DNA of 63,275 bases, the filler included, from Octopus bimaculoides (taxonomy: Eukaryota): the NCBI RefSeq assembly GCF_001194135.2. It is 4 parts of 4 records of this genome, joined end to end, with 100 filler letters (N's around TTAATTAATTAA, not from the genome) between each part and the next. Parts side by side here need not be neighbours in the genome. Positions count along the whole stretch, not along the records: positions 36,064 to 56,572 come from NC_068987.1; 3 more parts are not named here. One strand, 5' to 3'. The notes under the pieces were generated by a model, which made no database searches, was not told the DNA's origin, and saw only the letters and a list, made by a program, of their open reading frames with translations. A program made the position numbers and the translations under genes. This document shows, in pieces, positions 39,682 to 53,824 of this stretch. Position 1 is the first letter of the stretch. Each line of letters opens with the position of its first letter.

Positions 39682-39721
<40 letters not shown>

Positions 39722-40018
39722 AACATTGGAACACATATGGATACACACAGAGACGTACACACAGACACACGTACACGCACACAGTGGTTACTATTTATTG
39801 TGAGCATTTTCAGACGAAAACATTTCGATGACATTAACCGGCATATATTCTCAAGCAGAATATGTAGGAATATCTGCGTATATGATACTAAAAGTAATGA
39901 GATTTATTTAAAATTCACCAATTTTGATAAAAATAAACTTTAGTTGATATAAACACGGTTTTATCACTGTATGCGAGTGTATATTTAGATATGTGAGCGT
40001 ATGCGTGTTTTTGTGTGT

Positions 40019-40060
<42 letters not shown>

Positions 40061-40685
40061 GTGTATCTATATGCGTGCTTGTATTTATATATATATACAT
40101 ATGTGTGCGTAATTGTGTATATAAATATGTGTGTGTGTGTGTGTGTGTGGTTGTAAATAAACATATATATTTGTCTGTGGGAGAGAGAGTATCTATGTGT
40201 ACACACGTATATACAGTAATAGGTTATCCCCATCAGCGAACGTAACATTCCAGCATTTGCCCGTCTACCACAGTCATAAACATAATCCAGAACCGTCACA
40301 ATGCTCACACCACAACTATGTAGCTATTGACCCTTTCTTTTGATCTTCGTAGGATATGCAAAGCTTGTTTAGTATTTTCTTCCAAAAATTAATAGCAATA
40401 GCTGTGATTTTAATTACTGCATAATTTCTAATTAATTTTAGATAACTAGTTTGTTACGCATTACTTTGCAAGTAACCTGATTATATTAAACGCCTCATTC
40501 CATACGTTTCTTTCTATCTATATAACTCTCTCTTTCTCTTTTGCTCTCTCTCTCTCTCTCTCCCTGTATATGTATATATATATATATAGATGTATGTGTG
40601 TATATAATACATATGTATATATGCATATATATATGTCCTGTACCCATATATGCATGTATATAAGCATATATTTTCTATGTTTATG

Positions 40686-40729
<44 letters not shown>

Positions 40730-41721
40730 ATATATATATACACACACACACGAACATATGCGTAGGTAAAAATATNNNNNNNNNNNNNNNNNNNNNNNNN
40801 NNNNNNNNNNNNNNNNNNNNNNNNNNNNNNNNNNNNNNNNNNNNNNNNNNNNNNNNNNNNNNNNNNNNNNNNNNNNNNNNNNNNNNNNNNNNNNNNNNNN
40901 NNNNNNNNNNNNNNNNNNNNNNNNNNNNNNNNNNNNNNNNNNNNNNNNNNNNNNNNNNNNNNNNNNNNNNNNNNNNNNNNNNNNNNNNNNNNNNNNNNNN
41001 NNNNNNTATATATATATATATATACATACACACACACACACTCACTCACGTGAACACATGAGTAAGTAAATGCTTATATACGAGTGAGTGGGCAAATGAA
41101 AGGAAAAAATGACACCCGACACATTTGCTAAGAGTTATATATTTAGTAACAACTTGCCTCACCCTCATAAGACTTAATGTATCCATAGAACGAATCCACA
41201 AAACATTAAATCACACAGAACTGAATCAGAATGATATGAAATTCTAATTTAAACCTTAAACTACGTGATGAATAATTAATATTTTAAACTCCACGTATGT
41301 TTTCTTCAATCTGCTCTAATTGTATAGTTTCCTGTGCAATCGGAGTTTGAGTAATCACTATGCAAAACACGAGAAATTGCTTATAAGATAGTTAGATACA
41401 CCATCTTACGAACGTTTCGTCAATATAACGTGATTATTACTTACAAAATGAAAATTACCAGGACAAAAATCTATTCACCAGAGTCGTGCAACTTTCATAC
41501 GTAACATTAGTTGAAAAGAGACCAGGATTTTCCTATCGCTGACATGGCTAGCAACACCCTGTTGTTGATGTTGAAATTTCAATGAAGGGGCGTTGGGTGT
41601 ATGTTAGGAACCGGCTCTTTCTCTGTTGGCAAGAAATCTTGAAATAAACTAAATACATACATACATACATACATACATACATACATACATACATACATAC
41701 ATACATACNNNNNNNNNNACA

Positions 41722-41771
<50 letters not shown>

Positions 41772-44541
41772 CATGTCAGTATGTATGTGTGTGTATAAGA
41801 GAGATAGATACATAGATATATTCAAGACCATAACCACTACAAAACATATGTTTGTGTGTGTCAGTGTGTTTTTGTGTGTGTTTTTGGGTGTACATAGTTG
41901 TGCGTGTGTATAAATCTAGATCTAGGCATGTGTTCACTTCTATTTGTTTCTCTCATCAAAGTGCGTCCATGGCGAGAAATAACCTTGAATCGCTGTAGTC
42001 ACTAATATCGATCCTAGTACTTATTTTGATATCTCTTACTTGTTTTAGCAATGTCTATTTTAGCCATATCTCATACTTACGTGCGTTATTTGAAAAAAAT
42101 ATTAGTCGGTGTAGTATATACTGTTGGCATATTAACCGAATATCTGAGGAATCAGCCACCTTGTTTTTCTTGGTTTCGCGAATGGTGCGAAAGGGTTTTA
42201 ATAAATTTCACTGATTCATTGCTTGACCGAATAATCAATCAAACAATCGAATTCTTAATTTTTTAAACTGTAAACCAATTGACTAATAAAAATATAAAAG
42301 TTAAATAGAACAAATAAACGTATTTATTATTGACATACCGACCTTTCGAGATGCAATTAAACGTTTCAACACACGAGTTAACGTTAAGGATACAGAACCG
42401 AATAGAAAACCTTTTATAATATCTTTTCTACGAGTGTTTCATAATGTTTGGTTGATACATCCCAGTCGCTGTATCTTCACCATATTCCGGTTTCAACTAA
42501 TAAACAAACAAATATATTACAGCACAACTACTAAAACTACAACACCGTGTTTCTCTCGAATGCCAAATATATATTAGATAACGGCTGGAGGTAAGTTAAT
42601 GGATGGTATGACCAACGTTGTGGCATTAATAAAACGAAAGGTCTAGTGTTCTGTGACGCTAAAGTGCTAATTGTAAATGGCTCTCATAATTGACATCTTA
42701 AACCCGGTCGGAGAATTATAGAGTCGGTGTTTACTTCCGCCTTAATGGTATAAAAATAAATCAAACAAAACAAATCGTGACTGGAAATATTAAAAAATCA
42801 TGCTGCTTTCCAAAATGCCAATCACTTTAATTTTCTTTTACACATCTTACACTTTTTTTATATACATGTCTTACTCATTGTCCAATTATTATAACCGTAA
42901 TATTATTGATTTTGTGCTTTATACTGGCAAAGGACCAAAGATTTGTGAAGGAAAAACTATTGTGTAGCTTATCTAGAGCTGATTATTTTATGAACCCCAG
43001 AGAAGTAAACGTGTAAAGCAATCCCGCTAGGATTTGAAGTATAAGCGTTAGGGGCAAAAAATAATTACTGATAAATATTTATTCTTTACATTCCAGGAGG
43101 CTCTGACACAATACTTATAATCAAAAGATTATTTCTTGAAGTGAAGTCAATGATGGGGTGGGGGAGGACAAATTATAATACAAGAGCTGAAAATTATGAT
43201 GTTCCCTATCGGAATATATGGTTCTAAAGATCAAAGTACCTTTTCAAACTCGACTTAAATGCCTTCCAAGGGATTTGTGTTGTGCTATAGTTCAGCCATT
43301 CTTATTAACATTAAAGATACTAATACATGGATTAGGAAAGTATATAAGTATTAACATTGAATAAAGTATATAAGGAGGCGGAGGGTAGAACGAGGGCAAA
43401 TGTCAATTTGTATTACAGTTTTAATGTAAGGCTAAAAAATATACATCACAAATATTATGATGTTGGTATATTAATCTGAACTGCGCATAAAAGCTAGAAA
43501 TTCTTCCCTTTTCTCATCCATAAATGTTAAGCGTGTGAAGTAAATCATGTGAATTTTTTCCTAACATTTTTCTCTCTTTTCTTAATTCCTTTCTCCACTT
43601 CGTTTTTCTTCGTGAACTTTCTTTTCTTATCTGATGAATGTATATGTCCGAAACGTTTTACTCTGTATTTTTTCTTCTTGTTGAGGACAAGTCTTTCGTT
43701 ATCCGCCAGTAGAAGGTACACAATCAATATTACCGTTATAGTAACCGGACAATGACTAAGACATGTAAATGAAAAAAATTGTAAGATGTATAAAAGGAAA
43801 TTAAATGATATTAATTATGAACGTCTCTCGGACTTCATTTGCTTTTCTGTAGTTGATTAACCTTATTTGAGTGTTATAAAGATTGTACAAAGCAAATCAC
43901 TGAATTGATATGGAATTTCAGTTGCCTAAAGTTTAAGTGAGCATAAAAGATTTAAATGTTATCATGCCCATTGTATTTCACGGTGGTCTTCTATTTTTCT
44001 TAGTTGTGAAATGAAATAATGAGGATGAAATCTTTTGGACTCCCTTTATCCATGCAGCAGTGAGATGATGGCTATCAGCGGGAAGGTTTCTTCAAAATTT
44101 TGTTACGCTATGGAAGAACATGTTTTACTTTAAATCTAATAAAGAACACATAATAAGAACTCGTTTATTTTGCAGATATTATATTGGGGCTTCTGGCACC
44201 TGAGAAGAATTCCTATCGGTGTAGTGGTCATAAAGTGTGATGAACGGCAGTTTTACGAATATGTATATATATAAATTATAAATATATTCAATGGCTAAGT
44301 CGTGTAGATATTTTCTTTTCCACATCGCTTTCTAGCCAAAATGCATTTCTCGATTGAAATTGATTCCTACATACATCTTGATCAACGTAATCGACACTCG
44401 TGTGCGCAGGTGCGATTTTAATCACGCATATAGACGAAAGTTTGATAACACACACTGGCATACATATGTATCAATATATATATTCATAAGCTTATATTAA
44501 TATATCAGCATAAATAAATATATGCATACGTATATACACGA

Positions 44542-44581
<40 letters not shown>

Positions 44582-45571
44582 NNNNNNNNNNNNNNNNNNN
44601 NNATAGAGAGAGAGAGAGAGAGAGAGAGATAGAATGGCTTTCATTAAAATGCCAACAGCTGACAATCATGATAAGTTCTACTGTTCCAGTCTAATGGATT
44701 TCATAAACATTTACTATATTTCCCAATGAAAATTGTGACATTCGTTATTGTGCATAGAAATATATTTCTCAAGGTACAATCACGCAGATCCATATTCCAT
44801 TGCGATAATGAATACTGTATCCTTTTAACATGGTAGCTTTTGTATGCATATCTGCCCTTAAGTGCGTCTATGGGCGGAATCTGGTTCATATCTCTAAAGC
44901 CAATTGTTGAGAGCACGAACACACACATTGCTCCTTATACATTACTTCTGCATATTTTACACATTAAGTAAAATAAAACTAGAAATGCTTCGTATGTACA
45001 TAGATGCATATGTTCTATAGACATACTTGAAAACTGAAAATTAAAAATTCTAGAAGTCCACTTGTTTCCGAGCACAACCAATTCCTAGATAGAGATAGCA
45101 TACCTTAGCATAAGTTTATTTTTCTCTGGTGGCTTCTGAGATGAAGTTTTAGTCAAACCAACGACTTACAGATGAAATGTTTAGCCAGCTAAACATGTTA
45201 TCTGCTCCGAGTGGCTCTGTTCACTTCAGGGATATGTTTGAGACGTCGTTTCAAACCCTCACTGAAACACACTTCTCTCCGCGGGCAATATGGAAAAATT
45301 GGATGGATATTATATTACTAGAATCGTGACTGACCATTTCATTAAGCAATCTAGGTTTTGGAAGGTACATATGTCACGGACCTTTCTTTGCAGGACTACA
45401 TAGAAATTCATTCCTGGAGAGACATTATAGACTCCATATTTCTTGCAGCATGCTTCAGTTGAACATAAGTTAGAAACATGGTGGCAAAGACATCAAAATA
45501 GAGTGTCCTTGATTTTCATGTGAATGTTATATATCTTTAGTGTGTTTTCTCTGATAATCCTAATTGCTTAC

Positions 45572-45694
45572 TTTTGGTGTGTATTTTGGGGCGCTTTTCA
45601 TAATTTCGTTCACCGATCTGTGAAAGGCGTTGCATTCCATAGGGCCCTTCACTTCAAAAGATGTCTGTGGTGCCTTCAAGAGGTGACTGGAGTG
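45572..45694 (-). CDS. Candidate 123-nt internal exon HSSHLLKAPQTSFEVKGPMECNAFHRSVNEIMKSAPKYTPK
   Basis: ctgtag| acceptor and AAA|gtaagc donor, open in phase 0-0. The polypyrimidine tract is weak and no homology is recognised. Confidence 0.2.
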
Positions 45695-46706
45695 CTACAG
45701 CACGTGCAACGAACTCACATGATCCTACTTTGAAGGATATAAATGTTTTGTGCATCTTTCAAACTAAAACATGTCACTCCTGAAAAGGTTTTATAAATAT
45801 TGGAATATACCTTGAAAGTTTCCTTATCGTTAATACCGTAAAAGCACTGTATGGCCAAGTAATCGAAACTTATTTCAATATCACAACTTTCTTTTTATCA
45901 TGAATTGAATTATTACCACGAACACAATTATTCCTATCTTGATAAACTCCGTGAGGCAGAAATAACAAATAACAAGCATTGAATGTTTCAGAATGGAGTC
46001 ATTGAATGGGTGATAAAGAGGAAAAATGATTTTGGAAAGAGAAGAGAAGTGATATAAATCCTTCGAGTAGCAGTTAACCTTGTCCGAAAAGCCATCTACT
46101 ACTTATACTTCTTCCTTACTACATTAAACTATTAATCTATAGTACGAGGCCTCTTTTTCCGCTTCTTAATATAGTATTTTGTTTTCTATGTTATTTTATT
46201 AGCGATATTTTACATTGATAAACGTCGGCAGATTATTGGATTGGCGTAAATTTATTTTACGCTGGATCTATAATTAATACTTTATAAAAGCAATCACACA
46301 TTCCTCACGATGCAGTTTGTGAAGTCTGTGTCAAGTAAAACTTTGAAGTCATTTTCACCTTTTTTTTTTTTGCGAAAGATACGAATCTATAGTCTTTCTA
46401 TATATATGCAGTTTTCCCTGACAGTACTTTATCTCTTTTCCATATATTTGAATATTTGTTCATTTTCACATAAATATATACATGCACACACACACACACA
46501 CGCACATATATACATATGTAAGATGCATATATATATATATATATGTATGTATACGTATGTGTGTGTATGTATGTATATNNNNNNNNNNNNNNNNNNNNNN
46601 NNNNNNNNNNNNNNNNNNNNNNNNNNNNNNNNNNNNNNNNNNNNNNNNNNNNNNNNNNNNNNNNNNNNNNNNNNNNNNNNNNNNNNNNNNNNNNNNNNNN
46701 NNNNNN

Positions 46707-46742
<36 letters not shown>

Positions 46743-47819
46743 TCCGCAACGAACACGATGGCATCACAAAAGCGGTGAACCTTACTTTTTTGTGTCAGAT
46801 CTGATAAAGATTGATGGATGTCATTTATACAAAAATATACATAAATGAAAACACAGTAAAAGCTAGATGACGCAGTTTTGCATAAGAAACATAATTCTTT
46901 GCCGAATTCGAAAAAAATCTATAGAGAGGAGATTTATGTTCACGTTCAATAGCGCTACGCAAAAGAGAGTTAAATCTAACACCGGTTAAGGAGCTCCTTT
47001 ATCTCAAATATTTATGGATATATAGATCCTAATATTTCACACAAACTTGAGAGTTGATGTGTTTGGCCATTGCAGGTTCATGAAGGGTGGTCCGTCCGCA
47101 TCACCTAGCCTGCTAGAAATATAAGCCATAAGCCTATTAAAGCAAGACCAACTTCAGGCTGATACATATGAGAATATTATCCTCGATGGAGAAAAGTACG
47201 GGATTCATGAGTTTAACAATAACGCCATGAAAAACATGGCAACGACGACCCAGTGAAATATACTCGGGTGAAGTTAATCTCTCAACTGAGAGACAACGTT
47301 TCATACCAACACATTCTTCTGGTATCCACAGGATGGATGCAATCACCGTCACCTCAGGATAACAAGTTCGACTTCTAATTGGCAACTGGAACAATCTAGC
47401 AAATAATCAACATACTAAACGAATGAAGAAAACTTATGCGAAATAAAACATATCCAGAGTTTACACGGAAAGGTATGATAAATATTAATTCTAAAGGATG
47501 TATGGAAAAGTATTTGCAAGAATATACCTAGATATTTTGGTTTTGAAGGGTCGGTAAACCACAAACGTTAAAAATTTGTCTACGATAAAATCTTTCGATT
47601 TCGCTTGATTTTTTATGTTTTGTAACGATTATAAAACGTTTTTCAGATATTAGATCAGATAACCAATATACTTCAAGATATGTGTACATGTATACATGTG
47701 TATGTGTATGTACGAGCGTCTGCTTTTGTTAGTGTGTGTGTGTGTGTGTGTGTATGTATCGGTGCGTGTGTGTGTAACTACATACGTATGTATGTATATG
47801 TGTGACTTTTTTCATCCAG

Positions 47820-48035
47820 GTATCTGATAAAGAAATTGACCACAGCATTACAAAAGGTGCTGAAACTGATCTCCAGCTGGAAATGAATAGAATCACAAAT
47901 ATCGAAACGTCCCGTGTAGACGTGCTCACAACATTTCCAAGCGGATATGAAACAAGGACAATACATAGCACATGCGTTCTGCCTGTGGAATGTTTTCACC
48001 AAAAGTGCATACTGTTCTTTACACTGATCGTTTAG
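47820..48035 (+). CDS. Candidate terminal exon VSDKEIDHSITKGAETDLQLEMNRITNIETSRVDVLTTFPSGYETRTIHSTCVLPVECFHQKCILFFTLIV*
   Basis: Strong acceptor ttttttcatccag|G, RNY-like codon pattern, open antisense shadow frame, and an upstream donor AAG|gtatga at 47472. The upstream exon has stops in all frames. Confidence 0.3.
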   Translation, partial: VSDKEIDHSITKGAETDLQLEMNRITNIETSRVDVLTTFPSGYETRTIHSTCVLPVECFHQKCILFFTLIV

Positions 48036-48334
48036 AAATCAATAGAACCATATTCAGTAGTGAATATTTTGTCGGAATTGTCAGATGAAGACAAATTTAT
48101 TTCTGGTTGTTTTCCTTTACTCCTGATGCAGTTTCGTTACATATACAAAGCTTAGTGAAAGGGACGGTGCTAAGCCGTTGCAAGACAATACAACTGATAG
48201 AGAAGGGAATGGTAATTTTATTTCAAATTATATATAAAAATGAGTGGTCAACGGAGGATGAGGTTAAGATATTAGAAAGAAACATAAACCGTATATGGAT
48301 ATGCAATATATGTTTGTGCTATAGACGTAAGGAG

Positions 48335-48520
48335 CGTGAGATTTTGGCCGAGGGGCTAAGCAATTACATCAATCCCTGTGCTGAACTAGTTCTTATATTA
48401 TTGTCCCCGAAAGGATGAAAGGCAAGGACACTCTCTGTGGAATTTGAATTCAGAACACAAAGCCGCGGGAAATGCAGTTAAGCAAGTACGTCTTGGTAAC
48501 AGTTCTACCTGCTTCATGCT
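48335..48520 (-). mobile_element. SINE family D, degenerate
   Basis: gtccccgaaaggatgaaaggcaag...ggaatttgaattcagaac. Confidence 0.7.
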
Positions 48521-49468
48521 TGTGTGTGTGCAATAATGTCGACATGTGCGTTGTATTACTGCGAACAGTATAAGTTGATTTAACAGGAAATATCGATCAG
48601 AAAATGTAAATTCTTACTAGTTTTGAATTCAAATAATGTCTTACTTTTAGAGTAACTTATGAATAAGTGTACATCTAATATGAATATTGATTTCCATTAT
48701 TATAAATTTATTTTTAAAATACTGTAATAAACAGGTGAGGTTTGTGTTTCAGATTTATATTTCGTAAATTGAAAAAAAAATCAATCTATAAGCTGTAGGA
48801 ACATGTAAATTAAATGTAAAATCTTAGAAATGTGAGAAGCATTATAAATGTATATCATTATTCTATAATGTATCATAATTTCTATAAAATAAAAAAACTT
48901 AATAACATCTCTGCGTGGACGATAATTTAGTTATACAGTGGAAAAGCGATTAAATTCATTCTTTACGTGACTATTTATGATCCTCATATACATAAACAAA
49001 TTAATAAGAAACGGAGAAAAAAATTGGTTTACAAACAAATCATACAAACTTTTTGCTCATATATTTTAGATATATTATCGTGCTTTTAACATAAGCCATA
49101 GATCATGTTCCATTGAGTGTGAAGGAAGCAAAAATATGGCACAAACAGTGAATGATGAAACATATGTAGTCGCTAAATGACCAAAACAGAATATAGAATA
49201 ACACAAGAAATATTAGCTCCAGTACGGTATAATATAAATATTACATTAGATTTTCTGGAACGAAGAGCTGTGTTTCCTTCAGAGATCCATAGTTCCATAC
49301 TATTTTTCGAATAAGCGGATTAACTATGCATATTGCTAAACAAAAGACAGTGTTTTATAAAGAGATACAGTAGGGTTAAAATAGGATTAGAATATATTTT
49401 TTATCGTATCTTTTATTTTATAATAAAAAAGTATCTGCTATACATCTGATTACTCAGAATATATATAC

Positions 49469-49845
49469 TTACTCTTTTACTCTTTTACTTGTTTCAGTCA
49501 TTTGACTGCTGCCACGCTGGAGCACCGCCTTTAGTCGAGCAAATCGACCCCAGGACTTATTCTTTGTAAGCCTAGTACGTATTCTATCGGTCTCTCTGGC
49601 CGAATCGTTAAGTTACGGGAACGTAAACACACTAGCATCGGTTGCCAGGCGATTTTGGGGGGACAAACACAGACAGATAGATATATACGACGGGCTTCTT
49701 TCAGTTTCCGTCTACCAAATCCACTCAAGGCTTTGGTCGGCCGAGGCTATAGTAGAAGACACTTGCCCAATGTGCCACGCAGTGGGACTGAACTCGGAAT
49801 CTTATTGTTGGTAAGCAAGCTACTTACCACACAGCCACTCCTACG
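49469..49845 (-). mobile_element. SINE family A, full length, well conserved
   Basis: Runs from tactcttttactcttttacttgtttcagtc to accacacagccactcctacgc, with CpGs retained. Confidence 0.92.
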
Positions 49846-50437
49846 CCTATACTTACTCGTAAGATTAGAAATATCACGCTTCTTATATTTAATACATGTA
49901 GTGTATAGAGAATTAAAACTACAAATGAAATTAGCAGGGCTGTATCTAGCTTAGATACAATACTGTTATTTTAATACATTGTATTCATTCAGTCTAAAAC
50001 CTAAATTCTATAAATACATTGAAGGTGGAAATAAGTGGTGTATTATAAGGGAATTAGGAATGAAGTGAACTGCAAAAGCGAGAGCATGAAAATCATAATA
50101 CAATAAGATTGGGAATAGTAATGGTAAACAACAGGAAAACAGAATATGGCAATGTTATGCTTGCTGATGTGTATCTACAAGAGGAAATGATGCAGAATAC
50201 GGTACGGCAGTAATACGCGTCAATTCTAAATCTCCAGGGTTATGATATCTTACGATATTATTACTCAAGTTATGTTCTTATCATAAACATACACAATGTG
50301 TTAGCCGTGCGTATTTATATTTCGTTATATATACACATGTGTGTGTGTGCATGTGTGTGTGCATGTGTGTGTGCATGTGTGTGTGTGTAATTAGGTTTAT
50401 TTCGCAGAAATTGACCAGCCCTAAATATAACAGTATG

Positions 50438-50491
<54 letters not shown>

Positions 50492-50815
50492 TATGTCTAT
50501 GTGAGTGTGCATGCGTGTATGTATGCGTGTATGAGTGTGTAATACATACACACACAAACACACGTATATCTATATATATACATACACACATTCATGTGTA
50601 AGCACATATATATGATACATCGTCTATGCGCGCGCGCGTGTCTGTGTGTCTGTGCGTGTGTGTATGGATGGAAGGATGGAGTCAATAAAAACGTTATTGG
50701 ATACGAAATTTACAGGAATAATTCTGTACTCACAGCGCAGTTATTTCAAGAAAAAATCAACCTCTCTAGAAAATATATCGTTAGAAGACTAATTAGTCAG
50801 TGAACTGCAGATACC

Positions 50816-50848
<33 letters not shown>

Positions 50849-51056
50849 CGTGTGTGTTTATGTGTGTTTGTTGATTTATATATGTATGTATATATGTATA
50901 TGCATGTATATAAACACATATACCTTATATATGTGTGTATATATATATACATATATATATTTACATTTCTATGAAATTATAAACGAAACAACTTTACATT
51001 AAACTGAAGGCTTCCTGAATATTTTCTGTAGAGTACAAATTTAACATTCTTTAAGA

Positions 51057-51727
51057 ATAGGTACATTCCAGAAAGTTTTGAGTCATTTTCAGGAGAGACA
51101 TTTATTTCAAACAAGTACAAAACTTTAACGTCACTCGAAATAGAACTCTCTGACATGAACTGTCTTGCTGTAGTGCACCTGTCACTTCATGAGGAACCAG
51201 CCGACGCTTATTATTATTATCGAGTGAGAGAGCAGTGTATGCCATCAAAGGGACACTGATGTAAAATATACGAAGCCCAATATCCCCATCATGACTATTC
51301 GTCTGATAAGGATACACCAGGCACATGCATCACAACCATATGTGCGCAATATGGTGATCTCATATAGAGATACACAGCGCATGACCTCGCAGGTGAGGGC
51401 CAGTTAGAATTTTCTTCAGTCGAGTAGCCCATCCCGCTCAAAAGGTCCCAGAATAAAGTTTGTTTAAGGATGTTGAGCAAAGAATCCATGTTTCCAAAGG
51501 GGAATTATTCAAACCCCAAAGAATTCCTCTCAACACATGGTTATGATGCTCCCCCACTACTTCTGCTCGTGATCAGAGATGCACATATCGTCAGCCACCA
51601 AGGGACATGCTCAACTGGTTAAGGTCAAACAACTGACAATCAAATCTGTGGCATTGTACAGAATATTTGCTGTAGCCCATCTTTTATACCAAGACAAAAC
51701 AATGTACATGATAACACTTCCAATCAA

Positions 51728-51758
<31 letters not shown>

Positions 51759-51990
51759 GAATATTACGATTATTACTATTATTATTATTATTCTCGTAAC
51801 CACCTTCATCTTCGTCAGCTTGGAGAACAACCAAGTTTTACGGGGAGTAAGATCTGGATTGTAGGAAGAGTGAAGAATTGGTTTGATGCCCGTCTCTGTC
51901 AAGTGTTTGATTACCAGGATATAACTGTGGACAGGCGTATTGTCCTGGAGCATTTGATAAGGTGTTTTGTGATTAAATATCCTCCTCATT
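51057..51990 (-). mobile_element. Mariner relic, same family as 31107, interrupted by an insertion
   Basis: TIR aggtacattccagaaagtttt at 51057. QDNTPVHS..HSSYNPDLTP..LFSKLTKMK at 51790-51960. Confidence 0.8.
51208..51791 (-). mobile_element. ~500-bp non-coding interspersed element bracketed by (TTA)n tracts
   Basis: Body 51221-51726 interrupts the mariner and has (TTA)n on both sides. I recall it as an abundant octopus repeat (unverified). Confidence 0.6.
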
Positions 51991-52177
51991 ACCATCAAAA
52001 CCTTTACATATTAATCTTGTTTACGATTTAGCCAATGGGTTTCGAATGGACGTTGATTGCACCCTTGCGATTGACAGACGGATTACCGTGAGCTTCTTGG
52101 TTCGGTTCTACCAGCGGAAAACAGGTGCTGACGCTTCAGCAGGTTAATTCCAATACAATCTGGAGTATTTCACAACT

Positions 52178-53347
52178 TTTGTGTCTTCGCATAAATAATC
52201 CGATTTTTTAAATACTTCTTGTATTTTTCAAAATTAAGATAAACAAAGCTTCTTTTAAATCTAAAATATATTCTCCTTCATTTTCTACAATGCTCTTCCA
52301 TTTCCCTTGTAGACTTGTAAAGTCTCTCTTTCAAATTTCACTAATCCGCAACGAAAAATACTCCTCCAGTACTGTTCTGACCTCGTCTACAGATTTCATA
52401 TTTTTCTGCCCAATGAAATTTGACGACTACAGAATATATGATAACCAGATGGGATAATATCCGGCAACTATTTTGGCAGGGGCTTCCTTTCCTATTCAAA
52501 CTACTTCAGCCTTTGGAATGTCATCCTTGTTGTATGTGGCCGAGCATTATCCTGATGGACCTTTCACCTTGAGACGTTTTTTTCTAGCGCCGACTAGTTT
52601 GGGTTTAAAGGTTCAAAGTGGACTAAACAGATACGTTGGTGAAGACCTTCTTTAGCCGGGATGCTGGTCTTTTTCCATTCACTAAACGATCTGTCTTCGG
52701 CGCTTGACATTTTTATAGAGAACCCATTTTTCGTCACCAATCACTATTCGTGAGACGTGATAGCAAAGCGCACACGTTCACTCTCTTCGCTCGATTAGAC
52801 GCGGCAAGTTTGTGATGAACCCATTGACCACTTTGCTGACTTTTCCGATGGCACTCAGGTGTCAATGAATGGTTGAATGACCAAATTCAAGCTTCTCTGA
52901 TAGTTCCTCAACAGTCACGTTGGGATTTTTTTCCCACTAGGATTTGCAGGACGTCTTCGTCGAGCACTACAGATCTTCAATGAGGCTCGTCTTCCAGGCT
53001 GTAGTTTCCAGCTCAGAATTTCTGGAACCACCGTTCAAACTGACTTACACTTATTGTACGATCCCCAAAAACTGCATTAATATTCCTCACACTTTCCGTT
53101 GCGCTGTTGCCTTTATTGAACTCATAAAGCAAAATATGCTGAATATGCTCCTTTGGCACTTCCATTATAGCTTTGAAAGAATAACTGTTAAAATCGAGCT
53201 GCACTCTTCAAAACTTGTACTAAGAATAAGTACAAGGTTAAATATCTACTTGCTTTTATAGCTGTTGATGCAAGTAGTTTATCCCGGCCCCCTCTGACGT
53301 TTAGTTCATGCAATTGAAAAAAGTGCATTATTTATGGAATGACTCAA
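52178..53347 (-). mobile_element. Near full-length dead mariner (Hsmar1/SETMAR-like)
   Basis: MEVPKEHIQHILLYEFNKGNSATESVRN..RWFQKF, LEDEP and IVIGDEKWVLYKN motifs. TIRs cattatttatggaatgactcaa|ta and degenerate gtcttcgcataaataatccg. Confidence 0.9.
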
Positions 53348-53531
53348 TAGCATGTTTGCCCAGTTTAAATCAGAACTATTTTGCATAACAAGCTTCCAAA
53401 TTGTCTCCTTCCGTCTCGAATAACAAAATTTGACAGGTCAGCTTATTAGATGCATAACAATGAAGTACATGAGTTACAATTACCTAGGACAGTTATAATA
53501 GCTTCCTTGTGCATATGTGTGCGTGTGTATG

Positions 53532-53573
<42 letters not shown>

Positions 53574-53787
53574 NNNNNNNNNNNNNNNNNNNNNNNNNNN
53601 NNNNNNNNNNNNNNNNNNNNNNNNNNNNNNNNNNNNNNNNNNNNNNNNNNNNNNNNNNNNNNNNNNNNNNNNNNNNNNNNNNNNNNNNNNNNNNNNNNNN
53701 NNNNNNNNNNNNNNNNNNNNNNNNNNNNNNNNNNNNNNNNNNNNNNNNNNNNNNNNNNNNNNNNNNNNNNNNNNNNNNNNNNNNNNN

Positions 53788-53824
<37 letters not shown>

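Noticed and set aside
41400-41490. Minus-strand CTGGTGA...GAAACG
   Set aside because: The core is mutated and stem II does not pair.
42523-42590. Exon bounded by tacag| and GAG|gtaagt
   Set aside because: Stops in all three frames and a poor pyrimidine tract. It cannot be distinguished from a chance site.
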